From the human T2T-CHM13v2.0 reference genome, Homo sapiens, in NCBI RefSeq assembly GCF_009914755.1, contig NC_060947.1: DNA of 64,000 nucleotides, one strand, 5' to 3'. Position numbers and translations under genes: made by a program. The notes beneath the pieces were generated by a model, which did no database searches, was not told where the DNA came from, and saw only the letters and a program-made list of their open reading frames with translations. Below, piece after piece: positions 9,601 through 24,600 of this stretch. How positions within the stretch are numbered: position 1 is the stretch's first letter; the number at the start of each line of letters is the position of its first letter.

Positions 9601-12600
9601 AAAAAGAGTGTTTCATAGCTGCTCTTTCAAAAGGAAAGTTCAACTCTGGGAGTTGAATACAAACATCACAAAGTAGTTTCCGAGAATGCTTCTGTTTAGT
9701 TGTTATGTGAAGATGATCCCGTTTCCAGTGAAATCTTCAAAGAGGTCCATATATCCCCTTGCAGATTCCAAAGAAAGAGGGTTTCAAAACTGCTCCATCA
9801 AAAGGATTGTGCAACTCTGTGAGTTGAATGCAGTCATCACAGAAAACTTTCTGAGAATGCTTCTGTCTAGGTTTGATGTGAAGATATAGACGTTTCAAAC
9901 GAAGGCTACAAAGTGGTCAAAATATACACTTGCAGATTCTACTACAAGGGTGATGCAAACCTCAACTATCAAAGGAAGGTTCAACTCTGTGAGTTGAATA
10001 CAAACATCACAAAGAATGTTCTGAGTTTGCTTCCGTTCAGTTATGGGAAGTTGATCCCGTTTCCAACGAAATCCTCAGAGAGGTCCAAATATCCCCTTGC
10101 AGATTCTACAAAACGTGTGTTTGGAAACTGCTCCATCATAACGGATGTTCAGCTCTCTGAGTTAAACTCCATCGTCACAAAGAATTTTCTGAGAGTGCTA
10201 CCGTCTGGTTTTTATATGAAGTTGTTTCCTTTACTACCACAGGCCTCAAAGCGGTCCAAATCTCCACTTGCAGATTCTACAAAAAGAGTGTTTGCAAACT
10301 GCTCTATCAAAAGGAATGTTCAACTCTGGGAGTTGAATGCAATCATCACAGAGCAGTTTCTGAGAATGCTTCTATGTCGTTTTTAGGAGAAGATATTTCC
10401 TTTTCCAACACAGTCCTCCAAGCCCGCTAAATATCCACTTGCACATTGTAGAAAAAGTGTGTCGAAGCTGCGCTATCAAAGGGAAAATTCAACTCTGTGA
10501 GGTGAATGCAAACATCCAAAAGAAGTTTCTGAGAATGCTTCCGTTTAGCTTTTAGGTGACGATTATCCAGTTTCCAACGAAACCTTCAAATAGATCCAAA
10601 TATCCCCTTGCGGTTCCCACAGAAAGAGTGTTTCGAAACTGCTGTTTCAAAAGGAATCTTCAACTCTGTGAGTTGAATGCAATCATCACAAAGAAGTTTC
10701 TGACAATGCTTCTCTCTCGTCTTTCTGTGAAGATAAAGGAAAAGGCTTTCAGGCCTTTTCCACCACAGGCCTGAAAGCGCTCCAAATGTCCACTTGCAGA
10801 TTCTGCCAAAAGAATATTTCAAAACTGCTCTATGAAAAGCAATGTTAAACTCTGCGGCTCGAACACAAACATCACAAAGCAGTTTCTGAGAATGCTTCAG
10901 TTTAGTTTTTCTGTGGAAATATTCCCGTTTCCAAAGAAATCTTCAAAGAGGTCCACGCATCCACTTACAGATTCTACAAAAACACAGTTTCAAAACTGCT
11001 CAATCAAAACGAGGGTTCAACTGTGTGACTTGAATGCAATCATCACTCAGAAGTTTCTGAGAATGCTTCTCTTTAGTTTTTACGTGAACATATACCCGTT
11101 TCGAACGAAGGCCACACAGTGGTCCAAATATCCACTTGCAGATTCTACAGAAAGAGTGTTTCGAACCTGAACTCTCAAAGGCAGGTTCATCTCTGCGAGT
11201 TAAATGCATTCATCATGAAGAACTTTCTCAGCGTGTTTGTGTTTAGTTATGGGAAATTATTCCCGTTTCCAACGAAATCCTCAGAGAGGTTCAAATATCC
11301 ACCTGCAGATTCTACCAAAAGTGTATTTGGAAACTGCTCCATCAAAAGGCATGTTCAGCTCTGTGTGTGAAACTCCATCATCACAAAGAATATTCTGAGA
11401 ATGCCTCCGTTTGCCTTTTATATGAAGTTCCTTCCTATACTACCGTAGGCCTCAAAGCAGTCCAAATCTCCATTTGCAGATTCTACAAAAAGAGTGATTC
11501 CAATCTGCTCTATCAATAGGACTGTTCAACTCCATGAGTTGAATGCCATCCTCACAAAGTCGTTTCTGAGAATGCTTCTATCTAGTTTTTATGTGAAGAT
11601 ATTTCCTTTTCCACCACAGGCCTCAAAGCCCTCCAAACGTCCACTTGCAGATTCTCGAAAAAGAGTGTTTCATAGCTGCTCTTTCAAAAGGAAAGTTCAA
11701 CTCTGGGAGTTGAATACAAACATCACAAAGTAGTTTCCGAGAATGCTTCTGTTTAGTTCTTATGTGAAGATGATCCCGTTTCCAGTGAAATCTTCAAAGA
11801 GGTCCACATATCCCCTTGCAGATTCCAAAGAAAGAGGGTTTCAAAACTGCTCCATCAAAAGGATTGTTCAACTCTGTGAGTTGAATGCAGTCATCGCAGA
11901 AAACTTTCTGAGAATGCTTCTGTCTAGGTTTGATGTGAAGATATAGACGTTTCAAACGAAGGCTACAAAGTGGTCAAAATATACACTTGCAGATTCTACT
12001 ACAAGGGTGATGCAAACCTCAACTATCAAAGGAAGGTTCAACTCTGTGAGATGAATGCAACCATCACAAAAAATGTTCTGAGTTTGCTTCCGTTTAGTTA
12101 TGGGAAATTGATACCGTTTCCAACGAAATCCTCAGAGAGGTCCAAATATCCCCTTGCAGATTCTACAAAACGTGTGTTTGGAAACTGCTCCATCATAACG
12201 AATGTTCAGCTCTCTGAGTTAAACTCCATCGTCACAAAGAATTTTCTGAGACTGCTACCGTCTAGTTTTTATATGAAGTTCTTTCCTTTACTACCACAGG
12301 CCTCAAAGCGGTCCAAATCTCCACTTGCAGATTCTACAAAAAGAGTGTTTGCAAACTGCTCTATCAAAAGGAATGTTCAACTCTGGGAGTTGAAAGCAAT
12401 CATCACAGAGCAGTTTCTGAGAATGCTTCTATGTCGTTTTTAGGAGAAGATATTTCCTTTTCCAACACAGTCCTCCAAGCCCGCTAAATATCCACTTGCA
12501 CATTGTAGAAAAAGTGTGTCGAAGCTGCGCTATCAAAGGGAAAGTTCAACTCTGTGAGGTGAATGCAAACATCCCAAAGAAGTTTCTGAGAATACTTCCG

Positions 12601-15600
12601 TTTAGCTTTTAGGTGAAGATTATCCCGTTTCCAACGAAATCTTCAAAGAGGTCCAAATATCCCCCTGCGGATCCCACAGAAAGAGTGTTTCGAAACTGCT
12701 GTTTCAAAAGGAATCTTCAACTCTGTGAGTTGAATGCAATCATCACAAAGAAGTTTCTGACAATGCTTCTCTCTCGTCTTTCTGTGAAGATAAAGGAAAA
12801 GGCTTTCAGGCCTTTTCCACCACAGGCCTGAAAGCGCTCCAAATGTCCACTTGCAGATTCTGCCAAAAGAATATTTCAAAACTGCTCTATGAAAAGCAAT
12901 GTTAAACTCTGCGGCTCGAACACAAACATCACAAAGCAGTTTCTGAGAATGCTTCAGTTTAGTTTTTCTGTGGAAATATTCCCGTTTCCAAAGAAATCTT
13001 CAAAGAGGTCCACGCATCCACTTACAGATTCTACAAAAAGACAGTTTCAAAACTGCTCAATCAAAAGGAGGGTTCAACTGTGTGACTTGAATGCAATCAT
13101 CACTCAGAAGTTTCTGAGAACGCTTCTCTTTAGTTTTTACGTGAACATATACCCGTTTCGAACGAAAGCCAGCCAGTGGTCCAAATATCCACTTGCAGAT
13201 TCTACAGAAAGAGTGTTTCAAACCTGAACTCTCAAAGGCAGGTTCATCTCTGCGAGTTACATGCATTCATCATGAAGAACTTTCTCAGCGTGTTTGTGTT
13301 TAGTTATGGGAAATTATTCCCGTTTCCAACGAAATCCTCAGAGAGCTCCAAATATCCACCTGCAGATTCTACCAAAAGTGTATTTGGAAACTGCTCCATC
13401 AAAAGGCATGTTCAGCTATGTGAGTGAAACACCATCATCACAAAGAATATTCTGAGAATGCTTCCGTTTGCCTTTTATATGAAGCTCCTTCCTATACTAC
13501 CGTAGGCCTCAAAGCAGTCCAAATCTCCTTTTGCAGATTCTACAAAAAGAGTGATTCCAATCTGCTCTATCAATAGGATTGTTCAACTCCATGAGTTGAA
13601 TGCCATCCTCACAAAGTCGTTTCTGAGAATGCTTCTATCTAGTTTTTATGTGAAGATATTTCCTTTTCCACCACAGGCCTCAAAGCCCTCCAAACGTCCA
13701 CTTGCAGATTCTCGAAAAAGAGTGTTTCATAGCTGCTCTTTCAAAAGGAAAGTTCAACTCTGGGAGTTGAATACAAACATCACAAAGTAGTTTCCGAGAA
13801 TGCTTCTGTTTAGTTCTTATGTGAAGATGATCCCGTTTCCAGTGAAATCTTCAAAGAGGTCCACATATCCCATTGCAGATTCCAAAGAAAGAGGGTTTCA
13901 AAACTGCTCCATCAAAAGGATTGTTCAACTCTGTGAGTTGAATGCAGTCATCGCAGAAAATTTTCTGAGAATGCTTCTGTCTAGGTTTGATGTGAAGATA
14001 TAGACCTTTCAAACGAAGGCTACAAAGTGGTCAAAATATACACTTGCAGATTCTACTGCAAGGGTGTTGCAAACCTGACCTATCAAAGGAATGTTCAACT
14101 CTGTGAGTTGAATTCAAACATCATAAAGAATGTTCTGAGTTTGCTTCCGTTCAGTTATGGGAAGTTGATCCCGTTTCCAACGAAATCCTCAGAGAGGTCC
14201 AAATATCCCCTTGCAGATTCTACAAAACGTGTGTTTGGAAACTGCTCCATCATAACGAATGTTCAGCTCTCTGAGTTAAACTCCATCGTCACAAAAAATT
14301 TTCTGAGAGTGCTACCGTCTAGTTTTTATATGAAGTTCTTTCCTTTACTACCACAGGCCTCAAAGCGGTCCAAATCTCCACTTGCAGATTCTACAAAAAG
14401 AGTGTTTGCAAACTGCTCTATCAAAAGGAATGTTCAACTCTGGGAGTTGAATGCAATCATCACAGAGCAGTTTCTGAGAATGCTTCTATGTGGTTTTTAG
14501 GAGAAGATATTTCCTTTTCCAACACAGTCCTGCAAGCCCGCTAAATATCCACTTGCACATTTTAGAAAAAGTGTGTCGAAGCTGCGCTATCAAAGGGAAA
14601 GTTCAACTCTGTGAGGTGAATGCGAACATCCCAAAGAAGTTTCTGAGAATGCTTCCGTTTAGCTTTTAGGTGAAGATTATCCCGTTTCCAACGAAATCTT
14701 CAAAGAGGTCCAAATATCCCCTTGCGGATCCCACAGAAAGAGTGTTTCGAAACTGCTGTTTCAAAAGGAATCTTCAACTCTGTGAGTTGAATGCAATCAT
14801 CACAAAGAAGTTTCTGACAATGCTTCTCTCTCGTCTTTCTGTGAAGATAAAGGAAAAGGCTTTCAGGCCTTTTCCACCACAGGCCTGAAAGCGCTCCAAA
14901 TGTCCACTTGCAGATTCTGCCAAAAGAATATTTCAAAACTGCTCTATGAAAAGCAATGTTAAACTCTGCGGCTCGAACACAAACATCACAAAGCAGTTTC
15001 TGAGAATGCTTCAGTTTAGTTTTTCTGTGGAAATATTCCCGTTTCCAAAGAAATCTTCAAAGAGGTCCACGCATCCACTTACAGATTCTACAAAAAGACA
15101 GTTTCAAAACTGGTCAATCAAAAGGAGGGTTCAACTGTGTGACTTGAATGCAATCATCACTCAGAAGTTTCTGAGAACGCTTCTCTTTAGTTTTTACTTG
15201 AACATATACCCGTTTCGAACGAAGGCCAGACAGTGGTCCAAATATCCACTTGCAGATTCTACAGAAAGAGTGTTTCGAATCTGAACTCTCAAAGGCAGGT
15301 TCATCTCTGCGAGTTCAATGCATTCATCATGAAGAACTTTCTCAGCGTGTTTGTGTTTAGTTATGGGAAATTATTCCCGTTTCCAACGAAATCCTCAGAG
15401 AGCTCCAAATATCCACCTGCAGATTCTACCAAAAGTGTATTTGGAAACTGCTCCATCAAAAGGCACGTTCAGCTCTGTGAGTGAAACTCCATCATCACAC
15501 AAAATATTCTGAGAATGCTTCCGTTTGCCTTTTATATGAAGTTCCTTCCTATACTACCGTAGGCCTCAAAGCAGTCCAAATCTCCATTTGCAGATTCTAC

Positions 15601-18600
15601 AAAAAGAGTGATTCCAATCTCCTCTATCAATAGGACTGTTCAACTCCATGAGTTGAATGCCATCCTCACAAAGTCGTTTCTGAGAATGCTTCTATCTAGT
15701 TTTTATGTGAAGATATTTCCTTTTCCACCACAGGCCTCAAAGCCCTCCAAACGTCCACTTGCAGATTCTCGAAAAAGAGTGTTTCATAGCTGCTCTTTCA
15801 AAAGGAAAGTTCAACTCTGGGAGGTGAATACAAACATCACAAATTAGTTTCCGAGAATGCTTCTGTTTAGTTCTTATGTGAAGATGATCCCGTTTCCAGT
15901 GAAATCTTCAAAGAGGTCCACATATCCCCTTGCAGATTCCAAAGAAAGAGGGTTTCAAAACTGCTCCATCAAAAGGATTGTTCAACTCTGTGAGTTGAAT
16001 GCAGTCATCGCAGAAAACTTTCTGAGAATGCTTCTGTCTAGGTTTGATGTGAAGATATAGACGTTTCAAACGAAGGCTACAAAGTGGTCAAAATATACAC
16101 TTGCAGATTCTACTACAAGGGTGTTGCAAACCTGAACTATCAAAGGAAGGTTCAACTCTGTGAGTTGAATACAAACATCACAAAGTATGTTCTGAGTTTG
16201 CTTCCGTTCAGTTATGGGAAGTTGATCCCGTTTCCAACGAAATGCTCAGAGAGGTCCAAATATCCCCTTGCAGATTCTACAAAACGTGTGTTTGGAAACT
16301 GCTCCATCATAACGAATGTTCAGCTCTCTGAGTTAAACTCCATCGTCACAAAGAATTTTCTGAGAGTGCTACCGTCTAGTTTTTATATGAAGTTCTTTCC
16401 TTTACTACCACAGGCCTCAAAGCGGTCCAAATCTCCACTTGCAGATTCTACAAAAAGAGTGTTTGCAAACTGCTCTATCAAAAGGAATGTTCAACTCTGG
16501 GAGTTGAATGCAATCATCACAGAGCAGTTTCTGAGAATGCTTCTATGTCGTTTTTAGGAGAAGATATTTCCTTTTCCAACACAGTCCTCCAAGCCCGCTA
16601 AATATCCACTTGCACATTGTAGAAAAAGTGTGTCGAAGCTGCGCTATCAAAGGGAAAGTTCAAGTCTGTGAGGTGAATGCAAACATCCCAAAGAAGTTTC
16701 TGAGAATGCTTCCGTTTAGCTTTTAGGTGAAGATTATCCCGTTTCCAACGAAATCTTCAAAGAGGTCCAAATATCCCCTTGCGGATCCCACAGAAAGAGT
16801 GTTTTGAAACTGCTGTTTCAAAAGGAATCTTCAACTCTGTGAGTTGAATGCAATCATCACAAAGAAGTTTCTGACAATGCTTCTCTCTCGTCTTTCTGTG
16901 AAGATAAAGGAAAAGGCTTTCAGGCCTTTCCCATCACAGGCCTGAAAGCGCTCCAAATGTCCACTTGCAGATTCTGCCAAAAGAATATTTCAAAACTGCT
17001 CTATGAAAAGCAATGTTAAACTCTGTGGCTCGAACACAAACATCACAAAGCAGTTTCTGAGAATGCTTCAGTTTAGTTTTTCTGTGGAAATATTCCCGTT
17101 TCCAAAGAAATCTTCAAAGAGGTCCACGTATCCACTTACAGATTCTACAAAAAGACAGTTTCAAAACTGCTCAATCAAAAGGAGGGTTCAACTGTGTGAC
17201 TTGAATGCAATCATCACTCAGAAGTTTCTGAGAACGCTTCTCTTTAGTTTTTACGTGAACATATACCCGTTTCGAACGAAGGCCAGACAGTGGTCCAAAT
17301 ATCCACTTGCAGATTCTACAGAAAGAGTGTTTCGAACCTGAACTCTCAAAGGCAGGTTCATCTCTGCGAGTTCAATGCATTCATCATGAAGAACTTTCTC
17401 AGCGTGTTTGTGTTTAGTTATGGGAAATTATTCCCTTTTCCAACGAAATCCTCAGAGAGCTCCAAATATCCACCTGCAGATTCTACCAAAAGTGTATTTG
17501 GAAACTGCTCCATCAAAAGGCATGTTCAGCTCTGTGAGTGAAACTCCATCATCACACAAAATATTCTGAGAATGCTTCCGTTTGCCTTTTATATGAAGTT
17601 CCTTCCTATACTACCGTAGGCCTCAAAGCAGTCCAAATCTCCATTTGCAGATTCTACAAAAAGAGTGATTCCAATCTCCTCTATCAATAGGACTGTACAA
17701 CTCCATGAGTTGAATGCCATCCTCACAAAGTCGTTTCTGAGAATGCTTCTATCTAGTTTTTATGTGAAGATATTTCCTTTTCCACCACAGGCCTCAAAGC
17801 CCTCCAAACGTCCACTTGCAGATTCTCGAAAAAGAGTGTTTCATAGCTGCTCTTTCAAAAGGAAAGTTCAACTCTGGGAGCTGAATACAAACATCACAAA
17901 GTAGTTTCCGAGAATGCTTCTGTTTAGTTCTTATGTGAAGATGATCCCGTTTCCAGTGAAATCTTCAAAGAGGTCCACATATCCCCTTGCAGATTCCAAA
18001 GAAAGAGGGTTTCAAAACTGCTCCATCAAAAGGATTGTTCAACTCTGTGAGTTGAATGCAGTCATCGCAGAAAACTTTCTGAGAATGCTTCTGTCCAGGT
18101 TTGATGTGAAGATATAGACCTTTCAAACGAAGGCTACAAAGTGGTCAAAATATACACTTGCAGATTCTACTACAAGGGTGTTGCAAACCTGAACTATCAA
18201 AGGAAGGTTCATCTCTGTGAGTTGAATAGAAACATCACAAAGAATGTTCTGAGTTTGCTTCCGTTCAGTTATGGGAAGTTGATCCCGTTTCCAACGAAAT
18301 CCTCAGAGAGGTCCAAATATCCCCTTGCAGATTCTACAAAACGTGTGTTTGGAAACTGCTCCATCATAACGAATGTTCAGCTCTCTGAGTTAAACTCCAT
18401 CGTCACAAAGAATTTTCTGAGAGTGCTACCGTCTAGTTTTTATATGAAGTTCTTTCCTTTACTACCACAGGCCTCAAAGCGGTCCAAATCTCCACTTGCA
18501 GATTCTACAAAAAGAGTGTTTGCAAACTGCTCTATCAAAAGGAATGTTCAACTCTGGGAGTTGAAAGCAATCATCACAGAGCAGTTTCTGAGAATGCTTC

Positions 18601-21600
18601 TATGTCGTTTTTAGGAGAAGATATTTCCTTTTCCAACACAGTCCTCCAAGCCCGCTAAATATCCACTTGCACATTGTAGAAAAAGTGTGTCGAAGCTGCG
18701 CTATCAAAGGGAAAGTTCAACTCTGTGAGGTGAATGCAAACATCCCAAAGAAGTTTCTGAGAATACTTCCGTTTAGCTTTTAGGTGAAGATTATCCCGTT
18801 TCCAACGAAATCTTCAAAGAGGTCCAAATATCCCCCTGCGGATCCCACAGAAAGAGTGTTTCGAAACTGCTGTTTCAAAAGGAATCTTCAACTCTGTGAG
18901 TTGAATGCAATCATCACAAAGAAGTTTCTGACAATGCTTCTCTCTCGTCTTTCTGTGAAGATAAAGGAAAAGGCTTTCAGGCCTTTTCCACCACAGGCCT
19001 GAAAGCGCTCCAAATGTCCACTTGCAGATTCTGCCAAAAGAATATTTCAAAACTGCTCTACGAAAAGCAATGTTAAACTCTGTGGCTCGAACACAAACAT
19101 CACAAAGCCGTTTCTGAGAATGCTTCAGTTTAGTTTTTCTGTGGAAATATTCCCGTTTCCAAAGAAATCTTCAAAGAGGTCCACGCATCCACTTACAGAT
19201 TCTACAAAAAGACAGTTTCAAAACTGCTCAATCAAAAGGAGGGTTCAACTGTGTGACTTGAATGCAATCATCACTCAGAAGTTTCTGAGAACGCTTCTCT
19301 TTAGTTTTTACGTGAACATATACCCGTTTCGAAAGAAGGCCAGCCAGTGGTCCAAATATCCACTTGCAGATTCTACAGAAAGAGTGTTTCGAACCTGAAC
19401 TCTCAAAGGCAGGTTCATCTCTGCGAGTTCAATGCATTCATCATGAAGAACTTTCTCAGCGTGTTTGTGTTTAGTTATGGGAAATTATTCCCGTTTCCAA
19501 CGAAATCCTCAGAGAGCTCCAAATATCCACCTGCAGATTCTACCAAAAGTGTATTTGGAAACTGCTCCATCAAAAGGCATGTTCAGCACTGTGAGTGAAA
19601 CTCCATCATCAAAAAGAATATTCTGAGAATGCTTCCGTTTGCCTTTTATATGAAGTTCCTTCCTATACGACTGTAGGCCTCAAAGCAGTCCAAATCTCCA
19701 TTTGCAGATTCTACAAAAAGAGTGATTCCAATCTGCTCTATCAATAGGATTGTTCAACTCCATGAGTTGAATGCCATCCTCACAAAGTAGTTTCTGAGAA
19801 TGCTTCTATCTAGTTTTTATGTGAAGATATTTCCTTTTCCACCACAGGCCTCAAAGCCCTCCAAACGTCCACTTGCAGATTCTCGAAAAAGAGTGTTTCA
19901 TAGCTGCTCTTTCAAAAGGAAAGTTCAACTCTGGGAGTTGAATACAAACATCACAAAGTAGTTTCCGAGAATGCTTCTGTTTAGTTGTTATGTGAAGATG
20001 ATCCCGTTTCCAGTGAAATCTTCAAAGAGGTCCATATATCCCCTTGCAGATTCCAAAGAAAGAGGGTTTCAAAACTGCTCCATCAAAAGGATTGTTCAAC
20101 TCTGTGAGTTGAATGCAGTCATCGCAGAAAACTTTCTGAGAATGCTTCTGTCTAGGTTTGAGGTGAAGATATAGACGTTTCAAACGAAGGCTACAAAGTG
20201 GTCAAAATATACACTTGCAGATTCTACTACAAGGGTGATGCAAACCTCAACTATAAAAGGAAGGTTCAACTCTGTGAGTTGAATACAAACATCACAAAGA
20301 ATGTTCTGAGTTTGCTTCCGTTCAGTTATGGGAAGTTGATCCCGTTTCCAACGAAATCCTCAGAGAGGTCCAAATATCCCCTTGCAGATTCTACAAAACG
20401 TGTGTTTGGAAACTGCTCCATCATAACGGATGTTCAGCTCTCTGAGTTAAACTCCATCGTCACAAAGAATTTTCTGAGAGTGCTACCCTCTGGTTTTTAT
20501 ATGAAGTTGTTTCCTTTACTACCACAGGCCTCAAAGCGGTCCAAATCTCCACTTGCAGATTCTACAAAAAGAGTGTTTGCAAACTGCTCTATCAAAAGGA
20601 ATGTTCAACTCTGGGAGTTGAATGCAATCATCACAGAGCAGTTTCTGAGAATGCTTCTATGTCGTTTTTAGGAGAAGATATTTCCTTTTCCAACACAGTC
20701 CTCCAAGCCCGCTAAATATCCACTTGCACATTGTAGAAAAAGTGTGTCGAAGCTGCGCTATCAAAGGGAAAGTTCAACTCTGTGAGGTGAATGCAAACAT
20801 CCCAAAGAAGTTTCTGAGAATACTTCCGTTTAGCTTTTAGGTGAAGATTATCCCGTTTCCAACGAAATCTTCAAAGAGGTCCAAATATCCCCCTGCGGAT
20901 CCCACAGAAAGAGTGTTTCGAAACTGCTGTTTCAAAAGGAATCTTCAACTCTGTGAGTTGAATGCAATCATCACAAAGAAGTTTCTGACAATGCTTCTCT
21001 CTCGTCTTTCTGTGAAGATAAAGGAAAAGGCTTTCAGGCCTTTTCCACCACAGGCCTGAAAGCGCTCCAAATGTCCACTTGCAGATTCTGCCAAAAGAAT
21101 ATTTCAAAACTGCTCTACGAAAAGCAATGTTAAACTCTGTGGCTCGAACACAAACATCACAAAGCCGTTTCTGAGAATGCTTCAGTTTAGTTTTTCTGTG
21201 GAAATATTCCCGTTTCCAAAGAAATCTTCAAAGAGGTCCACGCATCCACTTACAGATTCTACAAAAAGACAGTTTCAAAACTGCTCAATCAAAAGGAGGG
21301 TTCAACTGTGTGACTTGAATGCAATCATCACTCAGAAGTTTCTGAGAACGCTTCTCTTTAGTTTTTACGTGAACATATACCCGTTTCGAAAGAAGGCCAG
21401 CCAGTGGTCCAAATATCCACTTGCAGATTCTACAGAAAGAGTGTTTCGTACCTGAACTCTCAAAGGCAGGTTCATCTCTGCGAGTTCAATGCATTCATCA
21501 TGAAGAACTTTCTCAGCGTGTTTGTGTTTAGTTATGGGAAATTATTCCCGTTTCCAACGAAATCCTCAGAGAGCTCCAAATATCCACCTGCAGATTCTAC

Positions 21601-24600
21601 CAAAAGTGTATTTGGAAACTGCTCCATCAAAAGGCATGTTCAGCTCTGTGAGTGAAACTCCATCATCACAAAGAATATTCTGAGAATGCTTCCGTTTGCC
21701 TTTTATATGAAGTTCCTTCCTATACGACCGTAGGCCTCAAAGCAGTCCAAATCTCCATTTGCAGATTCTACAAAAAGAGTGATTCCAATCTGCTCTATCA
21801 ATAGGATTGTTCAACTCCATGAGTTGAATGCCATCCTCACAAAGTAGTTTCTGAGAATGCTTCTATCTAGTTTTTATGTGAAGATATTTCCTTTTCCACC
21901 ACAGGCCTCAAAGCCCTCCAAACGTCCACTTGCAGATTCTCGAAAAAGAGTGTTTCATAGCTGCTCTTTCAAAAGGAAAGTTCAACTCTGGGAGTTGAAT
22001 ACAAACATCACAAAGTAGTTTCCGAGAATGCTTCTGTTTAGTTGTTATGTGAAGATGATCCCGTTTCCAGTGAAATCTTCAAAGAGGTCCATATATCCCC
22101 TTGCAGATTCCAAAGAAAGAGGGTTTCAAAACTGCTCCATCAAAAGGATTGTGCAACTCTGTGAGTTGAATGCAGTCATCACAGAAAACTTTCTGAGAAT
22201 GCTTCTGTCTAGGTTTGATGTGAAGATATAGACGTTTCAAACGAAGGCTACAAAGTGGTCAAAATATACACTTGCAGATTCTACTACAAGGGTGATGCAA
22301 ACCTCAACTATCAAAGGAAGGTTCAACTCTGTGAGTTGAATACAAACATCACAAAGAATGTTCTGAGTTTGCTTCCGTTCAGTTATGGGAAGTTGATCCC
22401 GTTTCCAACGAAATCCTCAGAGAGGTCCAAATATCCCCTTGCAGATTCTACAAAACGTGTGTTTGGAAACTGCTCCATCATAACGGATGTTCAGCTCTCT
22501 GAGTTAAACTCCATCGTCACAAAGAATTTTCTGAGAGTGCTACCGTCTGGTTTTTATATGAAGTTGTTTCCTTTACTACCACAGGCCTCAAAGCGGTCCA
22601 AATCTCCACTTGCAGATTCTACAAAAAGAGTGTTTGCAAACTGCTCTATCAAAAGGAATGTTCAACTCTGGGAGTTGAATGCAATCATCACAGAGCAGTT
22701 TCTGAGAATGCTTCTATGTCGTTTTTAGGAGAAGATATTTCCTTTTCCAACACAGTCCTCCAAGCCCGCTAAATATCCACTTGCACATTGTAGAAAAAGT
22801 GTGTCGAAGCTGCGCTATCAAAGGGAAAATTCAACTCTGTGAGGTGAATGCAAACATCCAAAAGAAGTTTCTGAGAATGCTTCCGTTTAGCTTTTAGGTG
22901 ACGATTATCCAGTTTCCAACGAAACCTTCAAATAGATCCAAATATCCCCTTGCGGTTCCCACAGAAAGAGTGTTTCGAAACTGCTGTTTCAAAAGGAATC
23001 TTCAACTCTGTGAGTTGAATGCAATCATCACAAAGAAGTTTCTGACAATGCTTCTCTCTCGTCTTTCTGTGAAGATAAAGGAAAAGGCTTTCAGGCCTTT
23101 TCCACCACAGGCCTGAAAGCGCTCCAAATGTCCACTTGCAGATTCTGCCAAAAGAATATTTCAAAACTGCTCTATGAAAAGCAATGTTAAACTCTGCGGC
23201 TCGAACACAAACATCACAAAGCAGTTTCTGAGAATGCTTCAGTTTAGTTTTTCTGTGGAAATATTCCCGTTTCCAAAGAAATCTTCAAAGAGGTCCACGC
23301 ATCCACTTACAGATTCTACAAAAACACAGTTTCAAAACTGCTCAATCAAAACGAGGGTTCAACTGTGTGACTTGAATGCAATCATCACTCAGAAGTTTCT
23401 GAGAATGCTTCTCTTTAGTTTTTACGTGAACATATACCCGTTTCGAACGAAGGCCACACAGTGGTCCAAATATCCACTTGCAGATTCTACAGAAAGAGTG
23501 TTTCGAACCTGAACTCTCAAAGGCAGGTTCATCTCTGCGAGTTAAATGCATTCATCATGAAGAACTTTCTCAGCGTGTTTGTGTTTAGTTATGGGAAATT
23601 ATTCCCGTTTCCAACGAAATCCTCAGAGAGGTTCAAATATCCACCTGCAGATTCTACCAAAAGTGTATTTGGAAACTGCTCCATCAAAAGGCATGTTCAG
23701 CTCTGTGTGTGAAACTCCATCATCACAAAGAATATTCTGAGAATGCCTCCGTTTGCCTTTTATATGAAGTTCCTTCCTATACTACCGTAGGCCTCAAAGC
23801 AGTCCAAATCTCCATTTGCAGATTCTACAAAAAGAGTGATTCCAATCTGCTCTATCAATAGGACTGTTCAACTCCATGAGTTGAATGCCATCCTCACAAA
23901 GTCGTTTCTGAGAATGCTTCTATCTAGTTTTTATGTGAAGATATTTCCTTTTCCACCACAGGCCTCAAAGCCCTCCAAACGTCCACTTGCAGATTCTCGA
24001 AAAAGAGTGTTTCATAGCTGCTCTTTCAAAAGGAAAGTTCAACTCTGGGAGTTGAATACAAACATCACAAAGTAGTTTCCGAGAATGCTTCTGTTTAGTT
24101 CTTATGTGAAGATGATCCCGTTTCCAGTGAAATCTTCAAAGAGGTCCACATATCCCCTTGCAGATTCCAAAGAAAGAGGGTTTCAAAACTGCTCCATCAA
24201 AAGGATTGTTCAACTCTGTGAGTTGAATGCAGTCATCGCAGAAAACTTTCTGAGAATGCTTCTGTCTAGGTTTGATGTGAAGATATAGACGTTTCAAACG
24301 AAGGCTACAAAGTGGTCAAAATATACACTTGCAGATTCTACTACAAGGGTGATGCAAACCTCAACTATCAAAGGAAGGTTCAACTCTGTGAGATGAATGC
24401 AACCATCACAAAAAATGTTCTGAGTTTGCTTCCGTTTAGTTATGGGAAATTGATACCGTTTCCAACGAAATCCTCAGAGAGGTCCAAATATCCCCTTGCA
24501 GATTCTACAAAACGTGTGTTTGGAAACTGCTCCATCATAACGAATGTTCAGCTCTCTGAGTTAAACTCCATCGTCACAAAGAATTTTCTGAGAGTGCTAC

